Shown piece by piece: positions 24,641-38,670 of a DNA stretch of 64,000 bases. Numbering within the stretch: position 1 is the stretch's first letter; each line of letters opens with the position of its first letter. The stretch comes from Octopus sinensis (Eukaryota): assembly GCF_006345805.1 (NCBI RefSeq), contig NC_043008.1:28396001-28460000 (forward strand). Direction: 5' to 3'. Position numbers and translations under genes: made by a program. Below the pieces are notes generated by a model. That model was not told the origin of the DNA and did not search any database. It saw only the letters and a program-made list of their open reading frames with translations.

Positions 24641-26228
24641 AATATTTATGCCAGATGCCCTTTAAAAGTTGAACTTATAAATGCAGGAGTTCTGGAAAAA
24701 TACACAGTATTTTAGTATTAAATTGTGAACATTATATTCCCTTTAAGTTCAGATGGGTCCCCTTATGAATCGTTCAAAATACTAGCTAGAAGTATCGGTT
24801 ACGCCTGAAAAACTGTGGAAGAAAATTGGTTTCATATATTTTAAGAGTAGTAATCCGAGAAGAATTGTTATAAAATGCAATATAGGCATATTTGCTACTC
24901 GTGACAGTGATAGCAAGTGAAAGATTTCCCTTCTTAGTAATGTTGAGTGAGATCTACCTCCATGCAAACACAATAAAACAGCAATCGCAACAATATCAAA
25001 GAGAAGAGTTGTGACATCAAACAGAAGCAAAATATTAGCAGCATAGCTAAAACATCTAAATCAGTGAATGGGATAATTATAAAACCTTTGAAAAGAGGAG
25101 CATCACCTACGTGAGAATCCCTTAATCAAAATGTAAACACAATAAAAATACATAAAATTTATAAAAATACACAAAATTTCACATTCACACGCCAAGCATT
25201 CATTTTACTCTACGACGCTATACACAAGAAAGCTATATCAAAACATATACGATAATATTGGGACTACGCAATAGGACATGGTGACATAACATTTGAAGCT
25301 GATACCCATACTGGAGTTTAGACTAGAGAGGTTGCTGAGATTGTAGCTCGGTTATATACGACACAGATGTATGTTTCCACACACTGCCATGCGCCTCTGA
25401 ATAGAAAAATAATCACAATGTTTAATATGGTCCATCCAGATTAATATAATATGAGATTATGTTTACGTCCTCGTCATCAACACAAATATAAACTAGAGCA
25501 AAAATTGAAAACTTGCACCTTGATTGAGTTATACAACACCCCAAGTATGATGTGATTTTCTCTGTTTTGTCATGTAACAGCTGCTTGCCTGGTTATTCTG
25601 TCCTTTTCCCCTTCTGGTAGAGAAAATTTTCACAAAAGCTGTTTGTTTGATATTCATACCGTCCTCTAAGAAGACTTTTAGCTGTACATGAGGATTGGCA
25701 GTGTGAGGTGAGGAGGCGAAGAGAGGTGTTATGGTTGCAGTCAACATTATTTTCTTAACGATGAATTGACTAATGCGTGTTTCTACATTCACATATACCA
25801 CTCATCACCTACTTCAAACAAATGCATTCTTGATTAAGCTTCGACCAACTCTGGCTGTACTGTGTGTAAGAATCTATCAAGTGATCCCAATACGACTTTT
25901 GTAGTTCCCAATTCAGCATCGTATAAAATAATATTTAGCGTGTTGAAGAGACGAATTTTCTAGCAAAATCATTGCTACCACTCTGATAAATAAGTCAATT
26001 GATGGATTTTCCCAAAACGTATTTTGCAAAGGGATTACCGCTGGCTTCTAGAAAATAGTAGTCTGACTATACTTTTGAGTTATCATTAACATTGGTAATG
26101 AAATTTACAGATAGTGAAGAGCTGTACATATGACGTTTTTGCATGTCAAAACTATGTCTGTCGCGGTTACATGTATGTTTCAGTTTTTAATTTTGCTTTC
26201 ATGGGAAATATTCCAAGCTATTTATTAC

Positions 26229-26328
26229 NNNNNNNNNNNNNNNNNNNNNNNNNNNNNNNNNNNNNNNNNNNNNNNNNNNNNNNNNNNNNNNNNNNNNNNN
26301 NNNNNNNNNNNNNNNNNNNNNNNNNNNN
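26229..26328. other. Assembly gap (100 N)
   Basis: Run of N. Confidence 1.
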
Positions 26329-27227
26329 GTAGAGTAACTCAGCCGAATTCACTATAAAATCGTGCACAACTTCATATAGTCAATAATATCCGTCAAGTTT
26401 TTTTCAGTCTGCTGTCTCAGATTTCAAACGTAAATATTTTACTCTTCGATCAATTTTTCGCTGATTTTTAAAAATATATTAGTGGGAGAAGACGAATGCT
26501 GATACGGAAATGAGACTCTTTGCCCAATAAATTCACATGAATTGCTGAAGTCAACATGTCTGCTGTCATATGTATGGCAGCTTGAAGACAGCCATTTCCG
26601 ATGTAAAACGCTGATCGGTGGATATATTTGATATTTCATCCATGGCTTTTGAATTAGAAATTACTAATCCAAAGTAACTTTGTATTGCATCGATCATTGT
26701 TTACTACTATCTCACTTGTACCATTTTCGTCATTATAATTATATATTTCACTACTTAAGGAAAAAAATAACCTTCAGTATTAATAGAGGTGAAAAAAAGT
26801 ACTATTAGTACTAACGCATTAGTATCGTATAATCATACATCTCATTTGTATAAATTTCAAAAGCTTATAGATGCCCACAACTGAAATCTTTATTATCACA
26901 CGAAAAACGATATTCAGAGATGTTAAGCTAAACAAAATCATTGCCCGCAGTTTCATACTCATCGTTTGGAAGACATATGCATTGAAGAAAGAAAAAACAG
27001 AAAAAAAATAGAATTAAATAAACTATGTTAATTAGAAAGCGGTAACATTCAAATAAATCAACATAATTTAATCTGCCATTGCTTAATTGGAGTGAGGAAA
27101 CTGCGGAAACATACGAAATTAAATTGAAAATGGATATGAAATGAGTAAGACAAAAATATAAGAAAATCACAGAAATACCAGGATGAAGAAATGACATATT
27201 GAATTTCTTGGAGAATAGCAATATATA

Positions 27228-27263
<36 letters not shown>

Positions 27264-27269
27264 TATATA

Positions 27270-27307
<38 letters not shown>

Positions 27308-28710
27308 CGTAAAATAAGTGTCTTTAAAATTCATACTCTAATACGTTCAATTCTCAATACAGAATGGCTAAAGGCTAGGTATGCATATATACCTATGATA
27401 TACTTATCAGCATCTTCGTGGATGCATTTTATATAAAAAGGTAAATGATCCCAGACAAAATAAAAATAATTGTCAACGGTGAAAGCACAAAAGTTCTGTA
27501 AAAACAAAAGAATAAGAATTTTTTTATGCATTGGCTTTTTATTTCTTATTTGGTGATGGAAGCAGTTAAATGTATTTTGGATAAGTGACAAGGGAAGTGA
27601 AGAGAAATTTCTGAGATGCATTATCGCTTTGTTTGTATTTGTAGTTTATATTTCCCCTGTGAACGAAGACATTAAGTGCAGTGTACTTGTAGAAACGTAG
27701 TATGAAAACCAGCTTCCCTCCATGCTGTGCGACCTGTGCTTCACATTCTATATTCCAAAAGCTGCTATTTGGCACAAATCCTAAAACGTCTTTGTACTTG
27801 TTGAAGCTATTGAAGATTTTACATACTAAGATTATTCTTCAAGAGAAAATATACATATATGCATAAATTATTTATCTTGTGCTAAGTACGTGAGTAAGAG
27901 CTTGGTTTCCATGTCTCCACGGATGAAATTTTCCATGGCCCATGTCGTCATCATGGGACATGTCTTCATCACTGGACTAGAATGTTAGCAGGTGAAGGGA
28001 ATAAAAATCTGCTGTACGATTTAGTACGATAGCATATTTGAAAAAAATACGGCACGCATCTCTATATGACATTCCCTCAATAAAGAGGATGGCACGTAAT
28101 GTGTCACCCAGTGACGCCTCCAAATGTTATTTGTAGTTAGTAAATACATTAAAATTTCCTTTGGAACGCAAAAGTTTATTAATTCCCTACATATTCGCAT
28201 CTCTGCAATGGTTCGCTTTTAGATGGTACTTTATTCAAAGAAAAAGAAAGTACAAAATTTCATTTCTTTCAGATACGTATACCATACTGAGGATTCTCTA
28301 AATCTCAGAAACACGATTAAATTATTCTGGAAAAAGAATTCGCTTATAAAATATGGATGGTCTTTCTTTTGTTTTTGTTTGTTATTCTCATCATCAAAAT
28401 CTTTGTTCTTACATCATGCATCTTTACGGAAAATAGGTTTACCATTATTAGGGCTCGTTTATACAGCAGTAATATACGTTTACTATTAGTTTTGCATATC
28501 TTTATATTCTGCTCTTTGCTTAGATCCCAAAATAGGATAAACATTAGATTAACTAGTGTATTATTTTTTGTAAATCATGAAATCCGCTATGGCATAAAAT
28601 TTCCAATATAAGTAACTACGACACGTATTACCCGATTTAGATTTCAAAACTTTTTCAGAAATATACGAAAACATTTAACAATTGAACGCATCAGTAGCAA
28701 AATATTAATG

Positions 28711-29643
28711 TATTGGGTCAACTCATAAACAATGCGGATTTTTGAATTGCATGAACTAAAAGTCGGAGAGGTATGTGATAAACTACTTGCATCAGATTGC
28801 TATAAAAGAGGTAGTAAAATTACCGTGTATCTATTCTGAGTGTTGTTCGCTTTTAAAAGCTATAATGGAATTGACAAAGGAACATATACGGCATATTTTG
28901 ATTTACGGGTTCTGTAAAGACAACAATGAAACAGGAAGAAAAAGGAATATTAATGCAATATGTGGGGATCAGACAATAAGCGTTAGCCACTGTCAACGGT
29001 GGTTTCAGAAATTCCAAGTTAGAAAACTAGAGCCTAGAAGACGAACCGCGTCCTGGAAGATTATAGAGCTCGACGAGGACATCCTGCAAACCCTGGTGGA
29101 AACGTAAATCTCTTCGTAGCTGTGAAAGAAGTAGCAGCTAATCTTGGATTTGTTTAGTGAACCATTCAGCGACACTTACTTGCCATCGGAAAAGTCAGCA
29201 AATTGGCTGAATGTTTTCCTCACAAACATTCTGAGCCAAATCATGCGTAGAGACAAAATTTGTGCCCTTCTTTGCTATCACGTCTCACGAATCAACATTT
29301 TTAGGACCGAATAGTGATTGGTGACACAAAATTAGTTTTGTATAAAAATATCAAGCACTGAATACATTTATTAGGTAGGTAAAAAAGTAATTAATTCTGT
29401 AGTCTTCAAATTCAGTTGGACGCAAAAATTATAAATTGAATATGCAAGGTCAGTACAGTACTGGAGGTCTATATTCGTGACATGTATTTTGAAAGACGGG
29501 CAGTTCAAGACTACTAGAGAAATGTAACAGCATTGTAGAAAAGAAAGATAGTATATTTTATATTAAAACATAATTTCGTTTATCATAATGTTGAAAAGTA
29601 AAAGAAGTATAAAAAAACGCATTATTTATAGGTTGAATAGATA
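28711..29643 (+). mobile_element. Internally deleted mariner
   Basis: Left TIR tattgggtcaactcataaacaatgcgg. MELTKEHIRHILIYGF...ISVSHCQRWFQKF...IELDEDILQTLVE. C-terminal remnant near 29450-29560; degenerate right TIR cgcattatttataggttgaatagata. Confidence 0.85.
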
Positions 29644-29721
29644 TTTTGAATTTTTATTATATATAATTATTATTATAATCATCATCATCATTACTCTTAT
29701 TATTACTATAAGATGCGCTCC

Positions 29722-29921
29722 AAGAACTTTTAGCACGCTGGATGAAATGCCTAGTGGTATTTCGCCCGTCGTTCCGTTCTGAGATTAAATTCTGTCTAGG
29801 TCGACTTTCCATTCATCCTATAGGAATCGATAAATTAAGTACCATTTGAAAACTGGGTTCGATGTACTCGACTAGATCCCTTACCCTTAAAAGTTTCAAG
29901 GCCTTGTGCCAAGGGCAGAAA
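29722..29921 (+). mobile_element. tRNA-derived SINE (MetaSINE-like), running into (AAT)n
   Basis: tagcacgctggatgaaatgcctagtggtatttcg...aggtcgactttccattcatcc...gataaattaagtacca...ggccttgtgcc; same family as 9075 and 52853. Confidence 0.75.
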
Positions 29922-29947
29922 TAATAATAGTAATAATAATAATAATA

Positions 29948-29982
<35 letters not shown>

Positions 29983-30006
29983 TAATAATAATAATAATGA
30001 TAATAT

Positions 30007-32325
30007 AAGCTAGTTCAGCTGCTCAATGGAATTATGAGAGACCCAAAGAAAACACCTGAATGGTTAGCAAGTGGCATTACTTACCTACTCCCAAAGAATA
30101 ACGAAACCAACCTTCCAAAAAACTATCGGCCTATAACCTGTCTATCCACCACGTATAAAATCCTAACATCTATCCTGGCGGAGAAAACATATGCATTCAT
30201 GGAGAAGAACGATATTTTCCCCATTGAACAAAAAGGGTGCCGCCGAGGCTCTTACGGATGCAAAGATCAACGGCTAATCAATCGTATGATCCTTGAGAAC
30301 TGTCACAACAAGCGCAGAAATCTCAGCACCGCATGGATTGACTATAAAAAGGCCTTCGACAATATACCGCATCCATGGATCTTGAGATCGCTGGACATCT
30401 TCAAAATTTCCCCTGTGATTTCAAACTTCCTTCGTTGTGGAATACGAATCTCCAATTATACCACTCTAATGGAGTACTTGCCTCAGAAAATATAAACATC
30501 AACTGTGGAATTTTTCAAGGTGACTCACTTACACCTTTAATATTCTGCATAGCCCTAATACCCCTTACAAGTGAATTAAACAGAACAGGGTATGGGTATA
30601 AAATTGCCAATAAAAAAATAAGCCATCTATTTTATATGGATGACTTAAAACTTTATGGTAAAGACAATAATGAACTTGAAAGCCTATTGCGCACCGTGAA
30701 ATCATTCAGCGATGACATCGGGATGGAGTTTGGACTTGAGAAGTGTGCCAAGGCCACTTTCCAGAAAGGGAAAGTGAAGACCACAAATTCAGTCGTGTTA
30801 GATGTTGACACAGTCATAAGAGAGCTTGAGCAAGAACAAACATACAAATATTTAGGGATAAATGAAGGCTCTGGTATTCAGCATGCAAGCATGAAAGAGA
30901 AGATCAGGAAGGAATGTTATAGGAGAGTTCGTGCAGTCCTGAAATCTGAACTTAATGCACGTAACAAGGTGTTAGCTATAAATTCCTTAGCAGTTCAAGT
31001 TGTTACTTATAGCTACAATGTGTTGAACTGAAATATGAGTGAAGTAAAGAATATAGATATGAAAATACGCAAGCTGCTGAGTTGTAATAGGATGCACCAC
31101 CCAAAGGCAGACGTAGATCGCCTTTACCTTCCCAGAGCCCAAGGAGGTCGAGGCCTGATCCAATTTGAACTAGCTTACAAAACAACCACAATTGGACTGG
31201 CAAATATCTCGAAATAACGAATGACTGGATGCTAAAGCTCGTGGAAAATCACGAGAGACGAAAGAAGCTTCATTTTATCATAAGGAAAGCAACAAATTTG
31301 CTATTGATCTCGTGCAGGATACCCAGACTGAACAACCCGAGGGACGTACGGCAACTATTGTTGCAAAAAAAAGGTAAAAATAATGACAACGAAAAAAGCG
31401 CACGAGCAATAGGTAGGAGGAGAAACCTCTGCACGGCAAATATGTGACCCGCAGCAAACAAGCTGATGTTGACCAGAAGCAAACCCATCAGTGGCTGCGG
31501 AGCTCAGGACTAAAAGCAGAGAGCGAAGGTTTCATCCTGGCTGCTCAAGACCAAAGCCTATCAACCCGGAACTACCAGGCCAATGTGATGAAAAATGGAG
31601 CAGACCCAAAATGCCGATTCTGCAACAACATGATTGAAACAGTGGACCACCTAATCCCTGGATGTAAAGTCTTAGCACCAGTGGAGTATAAATTAAGACA
31701 TGACAGAGTTGGCCAATATCTCCACTGGCTAATAAGTCGGCATTACTATATCAACACCCTGAGGCTGTAACTGAAGGAGAAAATGTAACCATTCTGTGGG
31801 ACTTTCCAGTACATACAGACCGAATCATCAAGGCCAATAAACCAGATATTGTTATGAAAGAACAAAACAATAAAGTTTGCTTATTGATCGACATGAGCAT
31901 CCCCTGTGATCATAATATCTCAGTGAAAGAGTTTGACAAGCTCAGAAAATATAAAGACCTACTCATTGAAATTGAGAAAATGTGGCATCTCAAGGCGGTT
32001 ACAATACCAGTGATCGTAGGAGCACTAGGAATGATCAAGAAGGGAATCGAAAATTATATGAGAATGATCCCTGGCTTACCATCCCTGCAAGAAGTGCAAA
32101 AGATTGTCTTAACTGGTACATCACACGTATTGAGAAGAGCATTGTCAATGTGAGAACTGTTGCTGCTCATGCATTTTAATTTAACTTTAAAAAAAAAAAA
32201 AAAATGAACGAACTACTGAGTTTGGTTTAATGGCCTACCAATATACACTATGAGTTTCCTTGCCCTAGGAGTCGGGAAGACACTCGGCAAGAAATGGAAG
32301 AAAATTTGAAAGAAGAAGAAAAAAA
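30007..32325 (+). mobile_element. R4/Dong-clade non-LTR retrotransposon, 5'-truncated, family A
   Basis: RT motifs YRPITCL, QKGC, WIDYKKAFD, GIFQGDSL, YMDDLKLY; CCHC finger CRFC..ETVDHL..GC..RHD; RLE motif PDI...LIDMSIP.D...K..KYKDL. No APE domain. Frameshifted; flanked by (AAT)n on both sides. Confidence 0.9.
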
Positions 32326-32343
32326 GTAATAATAATAATAATG

Positions 32344-32398
<55 letters not shown>

Positions 32399-32462
32399 TG
32401 ATGATGATGATGATGAAGATGATGATGATAATGATGATGATGATGATGATGAATGCAAAAAA

Positions 32463-32518
<56 letters not shown>

Positions 32519-32585
32519 GTAAAAATATTAATAAAAATAAAAATAATAATAATAATAATAACAACAACAACAACAACACCATTAA
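32326..32585. repeat. Compound (AAT)n/(GAT)n/(AAC)n microsatellite
   Basis: Direct tandem tracts between Dong A and the 550-bp repeat. Confidence 0.95.
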
Positions 32586-32586
32586 A

Positions 32587-33120
32587 TGCCCTGATGCATT
32601 ACAAGACAGTCGCTCTCATGGCTTCTGATCTGAACTGATTGGAAGTGTTATCATGTACATTGTTTTGTCTTGGTATAAAAGATGGGCTACAGCAAATATT
32701 CTGCTCACTACCACAGATTTGCTTGACAGTTGTTTGATCTTAACCTGTTGACTATGTCCCTTAGTGGCTGACGACATGTGCATCTCTGATCACGAGCAGA
32801 AGTAGTTGGGAAGCATCATAGGCACATGCTGAAAGAAATTCTTAGAGGTTTGGTTAATTCAGCTTTGGAAACACGGGTGTTTCATTCAACATCCTTAAGC
32901 AAGCCTTATGCAGGGATCTTTTGAACGGGATGGATTACTCGACCAGAAGATAATTCTAACAAGGTCATGCGGTGTTATCTTGATATGAATCACAATGTCG
33001 CGCATGTATGGTTGTGATGCATGTGCCTAGGTTACCCTTATCAGACGGGTAGTCATGATGGGTATAGGGACTTCGTATATTCTACCCTAGTGTCATGGCA
33101 TGCACTGCCCTCTCACTGAA
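32587..33120 (+). mobile_element. ~550-bp non-coding interspersed repeat (copy 1)
   Basis: gccctgatgca...gcactgccctctcact; homologous to 55071-55624 and 62911-63463; flanked by microsatellites. Confidence 0.8.
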
Positions 33121-33227
33121 AAACGACAACAACAACAACAACAACAATAATAATAATAATAATAATGATAATAATGATAATAATATTAATAATAATAATA
33201 ATAATAATATTAATGATAATAATAATA

Positions 33228-36221
33228 TTAATAGTATACGCAGCAGCCACTACAGCCACAAAAGAAGCTGGATACTCACTCAAACCCATCCAAACAGGAG
33301 TACCACCACCCAAACAAACTCTGTGGATAAATAACATCCAAAACAAAATACAAAAAATGAGAAAAGATCTGTCGATTCTTAATGAAATCAGTCGACAATC
33401 AACGCTACTGAGCAACAAAAAGAAAACAAAAATACTCCGCAAATACAACATCACAGAAAAAGATTTACCTGAGATAAAAGAAAAGCTAAAGCAAGATATC
33501 CTTGCCAAAGCACAAAGGATCCGCCGGTACGAGAAACGTCAACGTTTCTTTGAACAAAACAAAGAGTTCAACTCCAACCCCAAAAGGTTCTACCAAGAAC
33601 TTGACAAAGATAAAATAGAAATCACTGCAGCACCAAAGGCAGAAAAAGTGGAAGAATTCTGGAGAGAAATATGGTCGGCGAACGAACAACCAAAAATCAG
33701 GAGTATTAAAACAACAAACTCAGCATCTGAGCAACTTTGGACCCCCATAACAACTGGAGAGGTCACCCAGGCACTGCCAAACCTGAGAAACTGGAAGGCA
33801 TCTGGGCATGACAAGATCCCCAACTTCCGGTTGAAATATCTAACAGGAATGCACAAAAAGCTGGCTGAAAACTTTAACAACATACTAGCAGAGCCAGAGA
33901 CAATGCCAGAATGGCCCACGAAGGAGAAAACCATCTTAATTCCCAAATCAAATGAGACAGCAAAACCAGAAAACTACAGGCCAATAACCTGTCTCCCTAC
34001 AATGTACAAGGCATTTACTGCAGTGATATCGCAAAGGTTGAACAAGCACCTGGACGAAAACAACCTGTTTCCAGAAGAGCAGAAAGGATGCTGCAAAGGC
34101 TCATATGGCTGTAAAGATCAACTAATGATTAATAAAGCCATAACTGAAGACATCCACAGAACGAAGAAAGGCCTCAGTATGGCCTACATCGACTACAAAA
34201 AGGCGTTTAATAGCATCCCCCACATATGGATCCTCGAACACTAGCCATTAACAGGGTAGCACGAACAATTATAAAATTCATAAGACACTCTATGAATAAA
34301 TGGCAAACAGTGCTACAGCTCCAAACAAAAGAGGGACTCATGAAAACCAAAACCATCCCCATTAGAAGAGGGATATTCCAGGGAGACATGCTCTCTCCAC
34401 TCCTTTTCTGCTTGGTACTGTCACCTCTGTCTGATATGCTAAATAGAATGGATGCGGATATAAATGTTACGGCAAAACGATCAGCCACCTTTTATATATG
34501 GATGGCCTAAAACTATACGCTGCAAATGACAAACAGCTGGAAGCACTATTAAAGACAGTTCATGAATTTACCAAAGAAATAGATATGAATTTTGGATTAT
34601 AAAATGCGCCAAAATAACCCTGAAAGAGGAAAACTAGTTAGGAGTAGCAACATCACCCTACATAAAGCCAATGAAATAAAAATATTAGATCAAAGCCAAC
34701 CTGACAAATACTTAGGAATCCATGAACAAGATAAGACACAACACACACAAATGAAAGAGAAAAGAAAAAAGAATATTATAGACGAGTTAGATCAATACTA
34801 AAAACAGTGGTCAATGCTAAAAACAAGATTATAGGTATTAACACTTTAGCTGTCCCTGTTATAAGTTACAGCTACTATATCCTTAACTGGACACTAAATG
34901 AACTGACCAAAACAGATAGGAAAACAAGAAAAATAATGACAGGTTCTAGCATGCATCACCCCAAATCTGACATAGAAAGACTATATATACAACGTATAGA
35001 AGGTGGTAGAGGCCTTATACAGCTGGAAATCTACTATGAAATAACCACCATAGGACTGCAAGAATATCTACTTCAGAAGGAAGGAAACTGATACAAATAG
35101 CGGCAAAACACGAGCAAATCAAAAAACTGTTCTCAGTATTTAAGGAAGCTGACAAACACAAACGAGAAATCATACCACCTAACAAAAATGAAGGAGATGA
35201 AGAAGAAGATGGAGAAGAAGAAGAAGAAGAAGAAGAAGAAGAAGAAGAAGAAGAAGAAGAAGAAGAAGAAGAAAAAGAAGAAGAAGAAGAAGAAGCAACA
35301 ACAAAAGCCATAACAAATGAAATCCAAACTAAAACTAGAACAGCAAAGAACCATGATTAAACGATGGCAAGAAAAGCCCGTTCATGGTAAATACTGGACT
35401 AAACTAAAGGCAAAAGAAATAGAGAAAGAAAAATCCTAGCAATGGTTGAGAAGCACAGGACTCAAAGCAGAGACTGGGGGATTTTTAATTGCAGCACAAG
35501 ACCAAAGCCCCCCAACCAGAAATTACCAAAAACATGTAATGAAAAGAAATATAACAAGTAACTGCAGAATATGTGGAGATGGACAAGAAACAATAAATCA
35601 TATTATCTCTGGCTGCCCAGTCCTGGCTAAGAAGGAATATATTCACAGACACGACAGAGTTGGAACCTACATACACTGGAAGCTATGCCAACATTATGGA
35701 ATAACAACAGAAAAAAGATGGTATAGGCACACACCAGAAAAGGTCACAGATAACGAGAAAGCAACCATACTCTGGGATATGCCGATACAGATAGAGAAAT
35801 TAAGGCCAACAGCCCAGATATAGTTGTCAGAGATCATGAAGAAAAAAATGCTTTCTAACTGATGTATCAATACCGGCAGATGACAACGTATCTCTAAAAG
35901 AAATGGAGAAACTTTCAAAATACAAAGACCTGGAAATAGAGGTAACCAGAATGTGGAATCTAAAAACAGAAACAATCCCTATCATAGTAGATGCATGAAG
36001 CATGATAAATAAATATTCAGACAAATACATAACAAAAACACCAGGACTTACAAACACATATAACATACAGGAAATTGCACTACTAGGCACTGCACACATC
36101 CTACGCAGAACACTTTCCATACAATAACCATCTGAGCATCACAACAAATCACAGCACATACCCAAGGCACACAGTGCTGCGCTCGGTAGTGAAGTGAAAG
36201 CACGCTATAAAAATAAAACTA

Positions 36222-36225
<4 letters not shown>
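33228..36225 (+). mobile_element. R4/Dong-clade non-LTR retrotransposon, 5'-truncated, family B
   Basis: PPPKQTLW..IQ.KI, NWKASGHDKIPN, YRPITCL, MAYIDYKKAF, RGIFQGDMLSP, CRICGDGQETINHIISGC..RHD, RLE remnant. Internal (GAA)n expansion at ~35200-35295; (AAT)n tail from ~36225. Confidence 0.9.
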
Positions 36226-36277
<52 letters not shown>

Positions 36278-36691
36278 CACCATCACTTTTTATTTATTAT
36301 TTTTTATTCCTTAAATTTTTACTCAAATTTTTAATATTCAGCTATTATTTTTATTTATTATTTGTATTTCTATTCATTCGTACATGCTAAGTAAGATTAT
36401 ACTGAAGATATAGGGTATCATGGAAGAATATAAAAGATAGGGTTGATGAAATATGTTGAGGAAGCCAGACCTGAAGTTTGAAAGCATATCAACCCGAATA
36501 AGTATTGGAACTAGATACCCCGAATCTAATCAATACCGACGAACTTTCATGAAACACATGTAGTCTTATAAACGGAAAATACAGAATTCAGAGTATATAT
36601 ATAGTTAGTATAATATATTTTAACATTTTATGGAGTGGTGGGTATAAAGCCTTTCAGTTTTGATTGAGTCGAAGATTGTTCTGTCTCTAAA

Positions 36692-36783
<92 letters not shown>

Positions 36784-36819
36784 CAAATAAGTAACACCAA
36801 TGTCCGGGTATTAGTGGAT

Positions 36820-37080
36820 ACAGCTGTTTCAATCGGCGGCTTCATTTTATCAATCAATGAAAATATTACATCAATTTGAAATAAGGCGCCCTCCTCGGAC
36901 GCAGGCGACCATATAGATTTCCAATATTTAGGATATACCATTATATATATATTTTTATTTGGTGTATACTGTATGTTGGAAATCTATATGGTCTTCTAGT
37001 TCCGAAGAAGAGCGGTTCATCTTAAATTGATGTAATGCTTCCATTGATCGATTACATGATGCCGTCTCAAACACCTGCTC
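36820..37080. repeat. Imperfect inverted repeat (~110-bp arms)
   Basis: gaccatatagatttccaa / ttggaaatctatatggtc and atcaatgaaaatattacatcaattt / aaattgatgtaatgcttccattgat pair by reverse complement. Confidence 0.7.
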
Positions 37081-37409
37081 ATCATTGTTACTCATTTGGT
37101 TTTTATTCACCCACTACGAACTGCGCGGATCATACCAGACTGACTTCGTGCCTCCACCTAATTCAATTGAATCTTAATTATTTCCATTATTTCCATTATA
37201 TATATGTATATATATAATGCATGTATATATATATATATACACATATTTATACGATATATATATATATATGATATATATATATATAAATATACATATTGCA
37301 TGTATGTGTATATATGTATATAGTTACACACACATATAATACATATATATATATACACATGCAAATATACATACATACTTGCATATATGCATACATATAT
37401 CCATGTCCT

Positions 37410-37620
37410 TTAAAGCTTAGTGTGTGGTCCTCATGACGGCGAGATCGTGGTTTCGATTCCAACACCGGGTGGTGCGTTGTGTTTATGAGCAAACCACTTC
37501 ATCTCACGTTGCTCTGCAATCATTTCGACACATGAAGGGATGTACACCATGCATATGTTCAGGCAATGTCTATTGGATTGGGTGAATGTGCTAATGTTCA
37601 GCTCATACACTTTATCACAA
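37410..37620 (+). mobile_element. tRNA-derived SINE, 5'-degenerate
   Basis: B-box ggtttcgattcc at ~37449-37460; related sequence at 41945-42200. Confidence 0.55.
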
Positions 37621-38670
37621 TACACATATTATTTGTGGACGTAGTTTGGCGGGGAAACCTGTCGTATCTTCATATATATACATACATGCTCCCATACATG
37701 CAAACGTAAATATATACATGCATGCATACATAGGTAGTAAGTACATGCATACATACATATGCACATGCATACAAACGTGCATACGTGAATTCATGCAATT
37801 TGCTTTACCTTTAGCAAAGAGGAAAATGTGTTCCCCATTTTTGGGTCGTTCTTCAAAGTAGACAAATCCTAAAGTGTACGTCACTATGTTTCATTAGAAG
37901 GAATGCTCAGTCGATATCTCCTATTAAGCATGTCTGTTTCACAATTAATGCTTACAAATGACTAGTATTCTCTACAATTTTTGTTATGTTCTTCATCATA
38001 AGATTGATAATCCTGTAATATATACGTCATTTGCTTTATAATGTCCAGGTTTGGTTGTTTCTATCGTGGACTACTGCTTGTCGATTTCTTAGCAGATTTG
38101 GTTCAAGAAACCTCTTGAATATCCTACCATTTACATTAATAACAGAAAGATATACAAATTTGTGATTGTCGGTTCGCCCTAGTTGACTATTAATGTAACA
38201 TCCAATAGCGAGAAATATTCACAACAAAACTACATAACTACAGAGAAATATTAGAAGATTGAGCACTTCATGTAAATTTAGTGGCTGAAATTTGCTATCA
38301 TATAACACTTGGAGAAATATTTACTTTAATAAGCAGTGCTTAAGCACCTGGAGGGCTGACACACGTTCCTACCCAGCACAAAGCTGCATTCATTTTTCCA
38401 TGTTGACAATCTCATAAATTTCTATCCCATGAAACAAAGTCCTTCGCTTCCATGTATTCGTAGATAAATTGAACTTCTAATCATATGGCGTTCTGCCTGC
38501 TTCTGTCAGAGAATATACCCGTTCAGTCATCTTAATTTTTGTATTCATACGTTTGTTATTTAGAGTACATAACCCACTATTTCTTATTCACTGTGATCTT
38601 TTTTACCCTGAATAGCGTATTTTCGAGAGGTAGCGAGAAGGACACTAACAGAAAAACTTCCTTGTTTTCT

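Noticed and set aside
24782-25110. Hydrophobic minus-strand ORFs resembling TM segments
   Set aside because: Expected antisense read of an A-rich plus strand.
25540-25840. Cys-rich minus-strand frame resembling EGF repeats
   Set aside because: Three stops, no splice support, and spacing does not match an EGF consensus.
26940-27120. GATGA-GTAT-GAAAC motif and a 10-bp inverted repeat GAAACTGCGG
   Set aside because: Core incomplete and no stem II; the repeat is too short to support an element.
38350-38540. IYEYME kinase-hinge-like and NLSTNTW kelch-like words on the minus strand
   Set aside because: Isolated short motifs in different frames with nearby stops.
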